The notes below the pieces were generated by a model. It saw only the letters and a program-made list of their open reading frames with translations. It was not told where the DNA came from and made no database searches. Shown in pieces: positions 40,196-52,800 of a stretch of 64,000 nucleotides of DNA. A program made the translations under genes and the position numbers. The first letter of the stretch is position 1; every line of letters begins with the position of its first letter. Where the stretch lies: NCBI RefSeq assembly GCF_000143415.4, contig NW_003314398.1:62001-126000 (forward strand), given 5' to 3'. The stretch comes from Selaginella moellendorffii (Eukaryota > Plantae > Lycopodiophyta).

Positions 40196-41759
40196 ATGCT
40201 GGGGAGGAAGCTCCGGGCGCCGCTCCCTCGCATTCTCTGGACGAGGAGCTCATCGTCCTCGAGCTCCTCCTCCTCGAGCTCCTCTTTCGAGCCCCATGAC
40301 GCTTGGAAATGGCTGATCCGGCAGCAAGTCTGGGACACATTCCGGATGAAACAGCGCCGATTTCCAGTGTTTGACGATCCCCAGGCGGCGGCGGAGAAGG
40401 TTTGTTCGTAGATTTTGATTTCTTTGCGGCTCATCTCTTCCATCCAGGTCCGAAAGCTCCCGGAATTTCAAGAAGCTCAGTGCGTGTATGTGAGCCCCGA
40501 TGCTCCACAAAGGCCAATGCGAGCGATGGTATTAACAAGTATTACGTGGGACTGCTCGATGGTTTCCTTTGTTCGCTCTCGCAGAGAGCAAAGCTTACGA
40601 AGCTCTCTCTTGGTTTGCAGACCAGAAAAAGCTTCTCGTCTCGCGATTGCCAAAGGGATTGTTCACGATGATGGATCCTGTTCACTTGTCCGATTTCGAC
40701 ACGATGAAAGCCTTGGAGCAACCAGGTGCGTGCTGCGATTTTCGGTGTGAGTTTGATCAAATGAGAAGTATGATCCTTTTATCCTGCAGAGTTTAAGATG
40801 GATGGCATCCCGATTGGACTCGACGCAAGAATGAGAGTCCAACTCTTGGTCACTGGCTCTGTTGCTGTTGATCCAAAAACTGGAGCTCGTCTCGGCAAAG
40901 GCGAGGTAAGCTACTATCCATGGATCTTCCAAAGGAAAAAAAATCTTTTCTTTCTCTTCAGGGCTACTTTGACATGGAATACGCAATTCTTCGTCATCTC
41001 AACATTGTCAACGAATCAACGTTAGTGGTTACTACAGGCGAGTGGCCGCTTTCCTTTCCTTGAAGTTTTTCAATCGATCTATCTAAAATTCCGATTTTTT
41101 TCCTTAGTGCACGATGACCAGCTTGTGATTGATCTTCCGGAAGACAAGCTCCTCAAGTACGATGTTCCAGTGGATGTTATATGCACCCCAAAGAGGACCA
41201 TCTACACCCAGACTAAAATCCCAAAGCCAAGTGATGGTAACGTGACAAATCTCCTCACTACCGTTGTCACTCTTTGATTTTTTTTCTGCAAGGTATTCTA
41301 TGGGAGTGTTTGCCACGCCATATGCTCAGCAAGATGCCCGTCCTGCGAGAGCTCAAAGACGCAGTCGAGAAGAAGCGAGAGGCCGCTGTGGAAATGGCTG
41401 CAAAGACAGATCCACCGCTCATTGCTCCCATCGAGACTGGACCCGCGATTTTCATCAAAAGCCTCAATCCCACTCTCACGGAGCAGGAGCTCAAGTCACA
41501 TTTGGAGCAGCATGGATTAGCGGCGGAGGAGCTGTCGCTCTACAGGACCGGAACCGGGAAAAACGTTGCTCGAGCAGTGATAGCCCAAGGCACGGACGTG
41601 GAGAAATGCGTCACCGCGATCGACAACACAAAGCTCAAAGGCTGGATCATGAGAGCCAGGAGGGATAAACACACCAAGGAAGAGGAGCCACCTCCAGACC
41701 CGGCTATGGTGGCTCGGCAAGCAGCGGCTCAAAGGATCCGAGGCACGCGTTTCTTCTAA
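40196..41759 (+). CDS. COG0212/MTHFSD-like protein B with C-terminal RRM-like domain
   Basis: [49 protein letters not shown], then [19 protein letters not shown]...LKGWIMRA. Intron positions match A; one GC donor. Confidence 0.88.
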
Positions 41760-41942
41760 GCAAGTCGAAGATATCTATTTGGATCGTCGTCCTCATCATC
41801 GCAGGGATTCACAGCGATCGGAGACGTGAAAGAATGGATGAGCTATGGAAGCTATCATGATCGTCCTCCTTGGTGGAAGGCGTTTCTTTTCGGCCTTGAT
41901 CTTGCTTGGCAGCGTGGTTTTCTTGTCCCAGCCGCTCTCCAA
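41756..41942 (-). pseudogene. Eroded copy of the small ORF at 55548-55766
   Basis: Colinear with 55548-55766 but with internal deletions and the ATG lost. Confidence 0.6.
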
Positions 41943-42079
41943 TTTTTTCTAACACTACAATGTGCTCCTCTTGCTTCTTCTCGGAGGAATTCTCCTTTTT
42001 GACACGCTTTTATACTTACAATCTCGCGGGGAAGACAGTCAAAATACGTTTTTTTTAAAACTAGGTCGGATAAATCTTA

Positions 42080-42226
42080 GGCGTGAGGATCTTGTCGCCG
42101 CGGGGAGAGATCAGGCGGGCGCTACCAGCATTGTTGTCTATTTCCAGAATTTTTGCCGTGAGCAGGCCTCGAGCGCTGGGGACGCCTGGAAGTGGACAAT
42201 AAGGAAGAAGGTTCTGGAATTGGTCG
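42080..42226 (+). pseudogene. Truncated 5' fragment of MTHFSD paralogue C
   Basis: [12 protein letters not shown]; close match to 55919-56078 and ends abruptly at the island junction. Confidence 0.85.
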
Positions 42227-42925
42227 TGCAATTGAACTACCATTGAACTACCAGCTTACGCTATTCATTTAGACACATTCTCTATCAGAAGTATGGAAGA
42301 TTTTTTCTTTAAAAACAGCATCCCTCTCATGGTTGTCACTTGCTCTCCTTCTCTAGTGTCTATTCTTGTCGCCATGAAAGCTGCAAATGCAGTGCCAATC
42401 ATAAATGCTCCAATGAACTTCTCCCTTGGATTCAACATCAGTTTGGCTGTGACATCGAAAAGAGAGTTATCAAGGCTAAAAGATCAATCATGTAAATCAT
42501 TTTCTCATTTTCTCTTCTTGCAGAGCTAATTTGTAACAAAGTGTTTATCTTTTTGCTCTTACTTCATTCTTTCTCTAATGGCAATAGAGCAAGATAGAGC
42601 AAAGGCAAAATCTGCCACTGTTCCTACCCTCTATATGACACTGCTTTAAATTGGTTTCTTCTTGCTCCTAAAAAGGTTTGGGGTGTGATTTCATCACTCT
42701 TTGCAAAAGAAGCATAACTCTTGAAGAACCCAAAAGTTTTTTGGCTAGCCCAATTTAACAAAATCGCAAATCTTGTGAATTGCTATATACGGGTCATGTA
42801 TCATTAATGTTATTTGAAGTAGATCTTGGTCCTTTTGCTTATTTAGACTCATTGCTTTATGTATTACTATAAATCTAAATATTGCTCTAGTATATGTTGC
42901 TATCGTCTAGATTGATGAGAATGCA

Positions 42926-44385
42926 GTGGATTTTTCAAGCAATCTACTGAGGGATATTCCCCATCGATGTGGACCTGCCATATGGTTCTTGGCCTTCGTA
43001 CTCATTTTTAGAGGATACAGCCTGATAGGTCTTATGGCCTTGGAGTCGGCGAGGCAAGAGCAAGTCAGCAGTATCAATGATGAGGACTCTTTGTGGGTAT
43101 GGACGCAGGAGCCTGTGATTCATCTGAATCAGCTGCATGGGATCCTTGTGCTGTGGTGCTCACCTGCCTATGCACCTCTGCCGCTGTTGAACATCATGTG
43201 TCCTGTTGATAGCTTCGTGGTGGTGAATTGGCAAGGATTTGAGACAGGTTTCCAAGAATGGTGGGCATCTCACCATACTGATCCTGTGAAAGGTGTAAAA
43301 GACGTGCAAGTGTTTAAGCATAAGTTGCTAAACATGTCTTTAAAGTATACTAACATAGTTTTATGAATTATTATTTATCCTTTCCTTCCATGGGAAAGGA
43401 TTTTTAGGATGTTTAATTGGGCATCCAGAATTATCCATCAATGATTCTTCAAATAAGCATATGCACTTCAAAGTTATTAAAGTTTTAAAACTTATTTTTG
43501 TTAGGCAATGGATGGGCTTACTCATCATTGAAAGTCCTATTCATCAGTGTTACAGGCAATGGCAACTGGAACACGTACCCATTCACTAAGCTCTAGGTTT
43601 ATATAATCTTTGGCAACATTGCCTTTAGTGTGGTAGCATTCAATGATAATTGGCTGGCCTTGTGCATGCAAGACGATACACTGCTCAAGGCTCATATCAC
43701 TTTTCGGGAGCATGCACAGATGCTATTGAAGCTGGGGTATCTCATCAAACTGGCCAGAAACAACATTCCTCCACTCGAAGCTCAACAAGCTCGAACACTG
43801 TGGAAGCCAGTTTGTGGCGGAGTTTCTCGTCTCAATGTGAGATGGGAGTTGCCAAGCTGAGACACATGGCCACGAAGTTCGAGTTTTTGGACGTGGGCAG
43901 CTTGCAGGGGATGGTAGCACTTCACTCCTCGTCCTGCATGGTTCGAGCAGCTTGGAAGGGCAAGCCAGTGGTGCTCAAGCTGAGAGACCTGACCCTGTCC
44001 GATCGCTTGGAGGAGGAGCTGCAAGACGATCTGGGAAGCATACATGTACATGAGACTGCAGAAGCTCCAAGGGTCGGTGCATCCCTGTGCTCTACTCTTC
44101 CATGGGGGGATGTTCTCCTTCCTCATGATGTCCGACGCTAGAGTTGGGGACGTGCTGCTCCCGGACCCTACGTGCCCACCAGAAGCTGCCATAGCTGCAG
44201 CGCAGAGATGCAGGGAAGCTGTGAGCGGTATGCACAACCGGGGAATTCTCCATGGGGACCTTGTGTTTACCAACGTGGCCGTCTTGCGGAGGCCCAGTGG
44301 AGGCTATGCTGGCATGCTGGTGGGATTCTCGCAGGCCAGGCTTGTTGGCCCGGGAGAGCAGCGGCATCTGCTGTCCAAGGAGTGA
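42926..44385 (+). pseudogene. Crinkler/CR-type REase + atypical kinase remnant
   Basis: WKGKPVVLK, RLQKLQG..P, MHNRGILHGDLVFTNV, degenerate (D)F motif. Upstream YIIFGNIAFSVVAFNDNWLAL...LKLGYLIKLA segment. Frameshifts present. Confidence 0.6.
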
Positions 44386-44611
44386 CTTCATCTGGAAAGC
44401 ATGCTCAGGGTTTTGCTACCAAAGGTGGAAGAGGACGTGGTGGTTTACTACAAATGAGGAGAAGGTGAGTACCATTCGCTGCTTCTCACTTTGCTTATTT
44501 TTTCTTTCGGAGACACGTCCAGATCGTCTATGACTAGTTGAAAGTACAAGTAGTAGCTACTTTGACGCATTGAATACATTGTAGCTGCAAATGCATTTCA
44601 TACAATAAGAA

Positions 44612-45925
44612 AGATATGCAACTTGTGTGCTTGTGTGATTCGAAGCAAGGAATAAACAATCCAAGTACCTAGTGCAGAAAACAATGAGCTACTTCACCAC
44701 CACTGTCCTCCCTCTATGCATCACTTGCAAACTTGGTGGCTTCAAAAGAAAGAAAGGTTTTTCTCTGGGATTGCATTGGAACTAATTTGGCAAGAAAGGG
44801 AGGCAAAATGGATGTTTCTGCATAGTGTTCAGGCCTTCTTTGCCCAACCACAAAGCCCCTTGTCATCTTTCTAGTAATATTTGTTGGCATAAGGTTTTTT
44901 ATATTTCTGATATTTCTTTTTTATCCTTTTCAGAAACCAAAACAATTAAACTCACGAGTTTAAAATATTTTAAATAGAAACTTAAAGAGAAAATATATAA
45001 AAACTCAACAAAACAAACTAAGCAGCATGTTTAGTTTGTTTGTTGATTTCTGGTTTGCTTAAGCGTGGATTGAGATGGTAGTGGATATACCTAGAATATT
45101 CTTGAACATTTTGGGATATTCTGGGAAATTCTACAATCTAATGGTTATTATTCATTTAGATTAATCTTGTATTTATAATTTATAAACTTTATTAAACACT
45201 TTCTAGTATATTCTAGTTTATTCTACCATCTAATGGTTCATAGGCAATAAGATAAATCTTATGTTTATAAATTATAAAGATGTTTATAATTATAAATTTC
45301 CATTTGATCAATTGGATTAATAAATAAGAATAACACTACTATTCAGAAAACTAAGCATTACTGCATGGAATGTGTAGAAAATTATTTATATATTTTCTCT
45401 TTTAAGTTCAAATTATTTATATATTTTCTTTTTTAAGTTCATCATCATCATCAGCATCATACTCATATCATTAAACAATAACTCTAATTTCGTCACATAT
45501 TCTCTATTTGAAAAGTTACAACCTTCCATAATTATATTAGATCTTGGCATATGCCCAGAATATTAATCTCCAGCATATAGAAGGTCCAGCTCTGCTGGAA
45601 AGCATATTTCTCACTCAGACCAAAGGTATGCAATTTGTATGTTTTTGTGATTCAAAGTGAGGAATAAGAAATCCAAGAACCTAGTGCAGAAAATAATGAG
45701 CTACTTTGCCACTGCTGTCCCCCCTCTATGCATCACTTGCATTCTTAGTTCTTACTTTGTTCTCCTACATAGATTATGAGTTGGATCTTATACAGCTTTA
45801 ATTGAAAGAAAGGTTTTTCTCTCAAGATGTTTATAGAATCTGGCATTCCATTCGAACTAATTTGGCAAGGGAGGCAAAATGGATTAAAAATGGCCTACTG
45901 TGTCTTTCTCCATAGGCCTTCTTTG
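44612..45925 (+). repeat. Diverged direct repeat (about 44612-44842 and 45624-45925)
   Basis: Shared ATCCAAG.ACCTAGTGCAGAAAA.AATGAGCTACTT...CTCTATGCATCACTTGCA and GAACTAATTTGGCAAG blocks. Confidence 0.85.
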
Positions 45926-46056
45926 TGGGGCACACTTAATGCGTATGCAGGTATTTTATTAGAAAGGAATTTAATATTTGAAAGCATCTCTATTGCATCT
46001 ATTTAAATTAAAGAATATTTCATAAAAGATTTAAAATAGCAAGGTCCAGGTTAATT

Positions 46057-46222
46057 TGGTTTTAATCTGGACCATTCATTTATATATATGGGCTAATTGA
46101 ATATGCATTTTTTGTATTCTATGCACTCACATTAGTAGAGGTTGGTAAAGGTCAAAGACAACTTTGATTGCTGTATTTGGATTTATGCTTTTGTTTAGAT
46201 TTAACTTTTATATTGTCTATAT
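46057..46222 (+). mobile_element. Eroded LTR+PBS+leader fragment of the 976-7554 gypsy family
   Basis: GGCTAATTGA.TATGCATTTTTTGTATTC...CACTCACATT.GT.GAGG...TTTAGAT matches 1048-1240. Confidence 0.7.
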
Positions 46223-46488
46223 CTTTTTTTGTTCTTGTATCTTTTCCACATGGCTAAGCAACCATGTAAGTTAATCTCAAGAGTATATTAAGGCATGAAT
46301 TTAGGGTAAGGGATTTAACCTACCTTAAAGGCTCAACCAGATTGTGAAAAACCTCAAGATGAGATGTAATATAGAGGCTAAAACTTTTTGTCTTTGTTAT
46401 TTAGTGCCACATCATAACATTTAATGTAGGCAAGTAGATTTCACTTCATCAATCTCACCCTCTTCTTGAAATTGCATCACCCTAGAAG

Positions 46489-46792
46489 GGTGCAATGAAC
46501 AAACTTGTCACTCAAACCACGTGACATGGAATCTTTAACATGTCAGCTTGGCAATGCTTCCCTGATCTCTCTTTGACATAGCTTGATTGCTCTCTACTTG
46601 CTAATGGCAGCCTCACAATGCAAAACAAACACTTGCACATGACCTAACCTTGCAACGCACTACAAATGCTAACACAAGATCTCCAAGCGCACTCACCCCA
46701 AGGTACTTGGGACATTAATAGAAAAACTCTTGCTATTCAAAAAAAAAATTGACGTCCACAGAACAAATGTGAGTACATTTCAATCCAAGCCA
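46489..46792. repeat. Inverted-repeat arm paired with 51127-51418
   Basis: TTGTCACTCAA.CCAC.TGA.ATGGAAT.TTTAACATGTCA...TTGCTCTCTACTTGCTAATGG is present as reverse complement at 51.3-51.4 kb. Confidence 0.85.
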
Positions 46793-46795
46793 CAC

Positions 46796-46914
46796 TCAAG
46801 ATGCTCATAAGCAACAAAGCACTCTGTACTCTAGAGCATGCTCTAGGAAACACTTCTAAACGCAAAATCCTCAAGGGGTGGGGTGATGCTTGGCTTAACC
46901 CTTGCTCCCTATTA
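46796..46914 (+). repeat. Direct repeat with 52846-52964 (PPT-like GGGGTGGGG, 16-bp palindrome)
   Basis: TCAAGATGCT.ATAAGCAA...CTCTAGAGCATG.TCTA.GAAACACT...GCTTAACC...CCCTATTA in both places. Confidence 0.85.
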
Positions 46915-47074
46915 TTTTTTGCTTTTATTCTCCAACTCCAAGATTCTACATCAGATCTTTTATATGTCTGGTTTGCCCTAACCCCATATATCTTGTCCCA
47001 AAGTCCCGGACTGTGGAAAGGAAGAGGAGTAGTCCTTTGGTATAGCAACCAAAGATATGGTCACACGGTGAAGA

Positions 47075-48865
47075 ACAAAATCCTCTACATCTCCACCACC
47101 TCATAAGCCCTAATCCACATCACCACCCTAACCACCTCTTTGATCATGAGTTTAATCCTTCACAAGTTTATACAATATAAATGTACCAGTCTTGACCCCA
47201 ATAAGAATGTAATTTGCATCCTTACATATTAGTGGATTCCCTTCTAGAATCTCCCCTAGTACACCTCCAACCTTGTCACCTAAAGTCTCGATAAAAGGAT
47301 TCCCCTCTAGAATCTCCCCTAGTACACCTCCAGTCCTGTTACCTAAAGTCTCAATAGAAGGATTCCCCTTTGGAATTTCCATTACTACACTAATCTCAGC
47401 TTTATGAACCCTGTGTAAGCGACTAAATTTTCCATTCTACTTTAGTCACTTAACCACACCTCTGACCACTTGGTCTTATTCACAACTTCCATAAGTCTTG
47501 TTCTGGAGACTTATTAGCCCTGTGAATGGCTCTATACCACTCAGCCTCTGCACTTGGTCCAAATGCTCCACATGTCCAATCCCCTAATTGACACCCAAAT
47601 GTACTACTGATATATTAGTCTGTTACGCTAAGGCCATGCCTATTCACCCTTGTCACATTGGTAGTCTAAGACCACCCGCATCACAGTCCCGTCTCTCAGA
47701 AATTGGGATATTTGTCCATGAGTGGTCATCCTTTGACCACACTTTAGCACCCTTAAAATGCTTAGAGACATAAGGAACACTTTTCCCTAATGTCCCTTCT
47801 TTCATTCCCATTAAATCCCTCTCCATCCATGGTTGGGCTCACTAACACTACCACTTGGTCAAAGCCAAAATGCTCAACCACTAAGTCTTATTGACCTTTG
47901 GGACTTCTTTACCATGTGATTGTATCCTTGGTCATTATATCAAAGGATTATTACTTTTCCTTTCCATAGTCTAGGACTTTGGGATGACATTTCAAAACAC
48001 CATTGCCCTATATAAGCTTTGTGGGTACTTTCTTCATCTTCCACCTTTAGATGCCTTAGCCATGTGGCTAAAACAAGGTTTTGATGAGCCACACAAGGTA
48101 TCCAAGTAGGTAGTGCCACCCACGTTTGGATTGGGAGTATCGACTATTCAATTTCCTGGGGGAGTTAGAGCTGGTTCTTGAATATTTCACCAAGTTACCC
48201 CACTTGTTTGTCCATATTCACTCTAACTTTAGACTCCTTAGTGGATATATCATCACCCAACACGTGGGTATAGATTTCCTTCGTCACACTAGCATTTCCT
48301 GGCCAAATTGGCTCCACTAAAGTCTTCCCCCTATTATACTTTTGGAGCTCACCAAACCCCCCAGGGTTTGGGAGATAATCGCTTTGGGCTTTCACCCTTA
48401 GACTTGGACTCAAACTTAGACTCAGACTTGGTCTTGGTCTCGGTTTCAATTTTGGTGCCGATGTCAGTCTCGACCTCAGACTCCATCTCAAGTCCATTTC
48501 GAACTCGACTTGGGACTCTATTTTGGGTCCATCTTGGACTCCATCTCGGGTCCATTTCAGACTCCAATCTCGGGCTCTTTCTCGGACTCTATCTCAGATT
48601 CTTTTTCGGACTCGTTCCTGACACTTCCATGTGTCACGACACTTGCCATGTATCAATCCTTCTTGTGTCTCTTTTTAGGGACTTATTCATTGATTGCTTC
48701 ATGTTCATCCCTTAAACACTTCATTCGAAGTTCCACTCCCACTTTTGACTTTCCAAGTCAGAGCCTTTGGTCCAAATATATTATGTTTGTTAGACTTCTG
48801 CTTTGACCACTATTATGTGGCATCTTTTTGGCTCCACTTTGGGGCTAAGGGATTTATGTCTCACA
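47075..48865 (-). mobile_element. Second, older copy of the VNTR-containing LTR-like element
   Basis: Reverse complement starts TGTGAGACA and is colinear with 2988-4771 down to 47447. It has an extra ~60-bp tandem repeat at about 47234-47375. Confidence 0.85.
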
Positions 48866-50380
48866 CCCTGGAACTAGTTCACAGGAAACCACCTTTGAAG
48901 GATTCTTCAGAATTGCATCCACAACTCTTGTTACTTGGACATGATCCCCTACTATGTTCTCTACTATTGCATGCTCGGTTTTTATCTTTGGCCCCTTGTG
49001 CACTAATCCTAGCCTCAATGGCCACCACTTAAAACCTATCCAAACTTCCCTCACTCATGGATTGTTCATTGGCATTTTCACCACTTGGCCCCTTATCATC
49101 TAATTAAGCATCAATCTCCTCAACCTGTGTCATAATCTTAGAAACAAAGAAGGTATAAGCATCAAGCAATGCCTTCTTAGTGCCTTCCATGGCTTTCTTC
49201 ATCTCTAGAAGCCTTCCTTAAGCATCTTCATTATTGATGCCAACACTCATTCTTAGTTACTTCCTTCCTTTTATTATACTTAATTTCTGCATAAATACCT
49301 AAAGAAGCATCTTTGTCTCTAATATTTGCCTCTCAAACTCCCATGTTCCCTTCACCAGTAGCTCAGTTTGATGCTCTGCAGTGAACACCTTCTCAATCTA
49401 GGCATCACATACTTGCCTAACTTTCTGAGATTCCCTCACTTGAACTGCTGATTCCTTGATCTTCTGCTCTAACTCACTAATGCATGCATGCAAGCGATCT
49501 TCATTATGAGCCTCTACCTGGTCAAGATGATTCTTCACCTGCCCATTTTCCACTAGTAACTCAAAGATGACATCTTTTTGGTATCTTATATTTGCATGAG
49601 ATGCTTCTACTAGCATATGGGTTCCATATATCCATGTAAGAGGGTAGTCCTTATCCATTCCCCACACCTATAATCTATACTTCTCTAAGATCTGTTGAAT
49701 TCTAGCTTTCACTAGCTTCTAGATAATTGCATCCTATGTCAAAATCCCAACATGTCCCATATTCCCCCACAATTGGGAAAACCACTTATCAAGGAACTCA
49801 AACTAGTTAACAATCTTTCATGCTATCTACTATAAGACATCTTGGCATACCCGATGGTAGAACTGCATAGTCAAAGGAATCCCTATCGTAGCTCCTCCAT
49901 GAGCATCCTCCCATAAAGACAACCATTGCCTTACATAACTTTTCCATCTCAAGGCTATTATAGCGATCACATACATCCACTACAAAAATCTTTTGACTCT
50001 ACCTGGGTGAAGATCTCCCTAACCTTGACTTTTAGTCCATCCTTAAAGGTAAGTGGTGTAACCTGGGTGAGTAGGGTTGCCATGATTATCAACCCTACAA
50101 CCTATGGCCAAATTTGGATCCCTCAGATGGGATATCAGCAAATCGCTGTGAGATTCTTATAAAGGATTTCACATTTTGCCAACAACCTTTGCAAAATCAT
50201 GATCTTCTACATAAAAGGATCCATCATTGAGTATTGCAAGATCAATAAGATCCCCATAGCCAATCACTAGTTTTGTGCTATATGTCATCTTTTTTTTCTC
50301 ACTTTTTTTCTCCTTATTTTTTTTCTCTCTCTCTCTCTTTCTCTCACTTTTTATTTTGCATCTATTTTAATAGAAAATTG

Positions 50381-50910
50381 CATTTTTCATGAAGAAATTA
50401 ATCGACTAAAGTGGTGGTGTCCGACGAAATAACAAATGCTTAAAATGTGATGGCAACCAATGGCCTTAAGATTATCCAATGAACCAACAACATCCGACCA
50501 TCAATCATGTTGTATATATTGAAGAAGGTAATGTAGAGCAAACTGAGACAACAATAGAAGATTTTACTCTAGGATCTTTAGATTTAGATGCTGGAGAAGA
50601 AAATGCTATTGAGATATCCAAATTGCAACAAAATAAATAAATAAGTGAAAGAAAGAGAGATTCTATTGCAATCTAGATATCCCAATAATATCTTCTTCTT
50701 TAGCATCCAAATCCAAAAATCTTGTAGTAGAATCTTCCATTGTTGTCTCAGTTTGCTCTACATTACCTTCTTCAATATATATAGTATGATTGGTGGCCAG
50801 ATGTTGGTTTATTAGACAATTTCGAGCCCATTAATTGCCATCACATTTTAAGCACTTGTTATTTCGTCGGACACCACCACCTTAGTCGGTTAATTTCCTC
50901 CCTAAAAATG
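50381..50910. repeat. Long foldback: ~250-bp arms and a 25-nt loop
   Basis: 50381-50634 is the reverse complement of 50660-50910, e.g. GTGGTGGTGTCCGACGAAATAACAA / TTGTTATTTCGTCGGACACCACCAC. Confidence 0.95.
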
Positions 50911-51539
50911 TGAGTTGATGATCTACCTTTGTGAATTGATTCTTCAATTCTTGTGCTAATGTTATTATAAATTCTTTTACATCTATCCATATATCATTTT
51001 TTACTTGCTCTTTCAATGCTCCATTCTTTTCATTAAGATTCAATATTATGAATCTCTACTGTATCCTCAAAGTGCAATATTGTAGTTCAAACTTATGTGC
51101 TTGGTGTATAAGATTAGGGTAGTTGATGGCTTGGATTGAAGTGTGCGCATGTTTGTTTTATGAATGTGGGTTCTTTTGTTTAAACAATAAATATGTTTCT
51201 ATCAATATCTCGAGTACCTTGGAGTGAGTGTGTCTGGAAATCTTATGTTGGCATTTATAGTGTATTGCGAGGCAAGGTCATGTGTAGCTTGTTTCACATC
51301 ATGAGGCCACCATTAGCAAGTAGAGAGCAACCAAAGAGAGATTAGGGAAGCATTATCAGGTTGACATGTTAAATATTCCATATCATGTGGCTTGAGTGAC
51401 AAATTTATTTATTGCACCTTTGTTATCAAAGGATTTTGTGTGACAATTCTTGTATATGGGGAGAGAATTAGATTTTAAAGTGTAAATTTCTTTTGTTGAT
51501 TTTTAACCCAATACCATTGTAGCATCTTCTTGAAAAGTT

Positions 51540-52800
51540 GAATGTAGGAAGATAGCCAATGGTGGATTTAGTTTAAAACCGGATGAATCTTTTGCAAAGG
51601 TTAAGAAGTGGAATTGGGTTGGTATTGTTAAGGAGGAGGAGTGCACCCAAGGAAAGACACAAGTGGTAGCATCTCCAGCTAATGCTAAAGGAAAAAATGC
51701 TCAAGAGGGTGGTGTGGGTATATCTGAAGTTCAAGAGCGAGGAGGACATGCCCAAGATCAAGAAAAAGGGAAAGAGCAAGTTTTCTTTGAGTATGAGATT
51801 TTGTAGGAGGATCAAAATTAGGATAGGCCAAGACTTGGGTGGTGAGGTGGTGGTGATAAATCTTTCTGAGATAGCTTCACATTTTTCTACTAAGGAAGAC
51901 CTTATTTCGGACGTAGGTGGGAAAGATTCTCACCATTCTTTAGAGGAGCTCAAGGTCAAGATGGCACCTTCAACATACTCGAAGTTCCTTTCAACTATGC
52001 CATGAATCTCGATGAAATGGTTTATCTCATGTGCAATCTATGAATGTCAGTGGATTCTGACAGTTTAGGTGAGAATCTTCACGATCCTCGCCACAAAGTG
52101 ATTTAACAAGTTCAAGAAATGAGGAAGAATGAGGTGGCTACTATCCAAGATTGACATATAGTGGTTTTGTAATTGCAGGAAGTATTGCATGAGCCTATGT
52201 TGATATGGAAGAAGGGGAGATACTATAAAGGTATCTCGAGGCAATGATGGAGGAACTAATGTTATGGTCAGACTATACTGAATAGGTATCTAAGTGTCTA
52301 CCAAGCCAAGGACTTGCATGTCTCTGCAATTTACAATAATATGTTTGGCTTGACTATAGCTCATAGGCTGACAATACCCCCACCTCAAATCTTCTGGGGA
52401 ATGCCCAATTTTCAACTTCCAAGGTAGAAAGATTCAAGCATTTCCAGGAAGTTTAAACTTCTAGCTTTCAAAGGAGATAACCTTGATGAGAATCAAGATT
52501 AGCTTGCCACATTGTTCACAAACAAAGAAGTAAATAGATGGATTGATTATGGTACTTTGCTTTGGGCTGGGATTACTATGGCACAAGGGTTTACTAGGTT
52601 TGATGGAACTTTAATAAGGAGGAATTCTTTATCAATTTAAAGGGACTTGTAGTAAGCTTAAATTGGTTTGAGGTGAAGTTTGGCAAAAGATTTTTAAGTC
52701 TAAATAGAAGTCAACTATTAAACAAGCTATGAGCTAGAAAGCAAAGAAAAAAACTTGCAATATAATTTAGACCTTCACTAGTGATGGATTGGCAATTGCA
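51540..52800 (+). mobile_element. Highly decayed gag-like retroelement remnant
   Basis: Broken frames such as KLLAFKGDNLDENQD..NRWID, lying between repeat segments that resemble retroelement UTR and PPT. Confidence 0.4.

Noticed and set aside
44838-44875. Possible Helitron 3' end (CTTTG..CAAAG hairpin followed by CTAG-T)
   Set aside because: The hairpin is weak and no matching 5' TC end or RepHel sequence was identified.
46265-46419. TG...CA segment as a solo LTR
   Set aside because: No TSD and no second copy in the window.
48870-50270. Coiled-coil-like ORF fragments on the minus strand as a host gene
   Set aside because: Heavily interrupted and adjoining the LTR-like element; probably decayed TE interior, with family not assignable.
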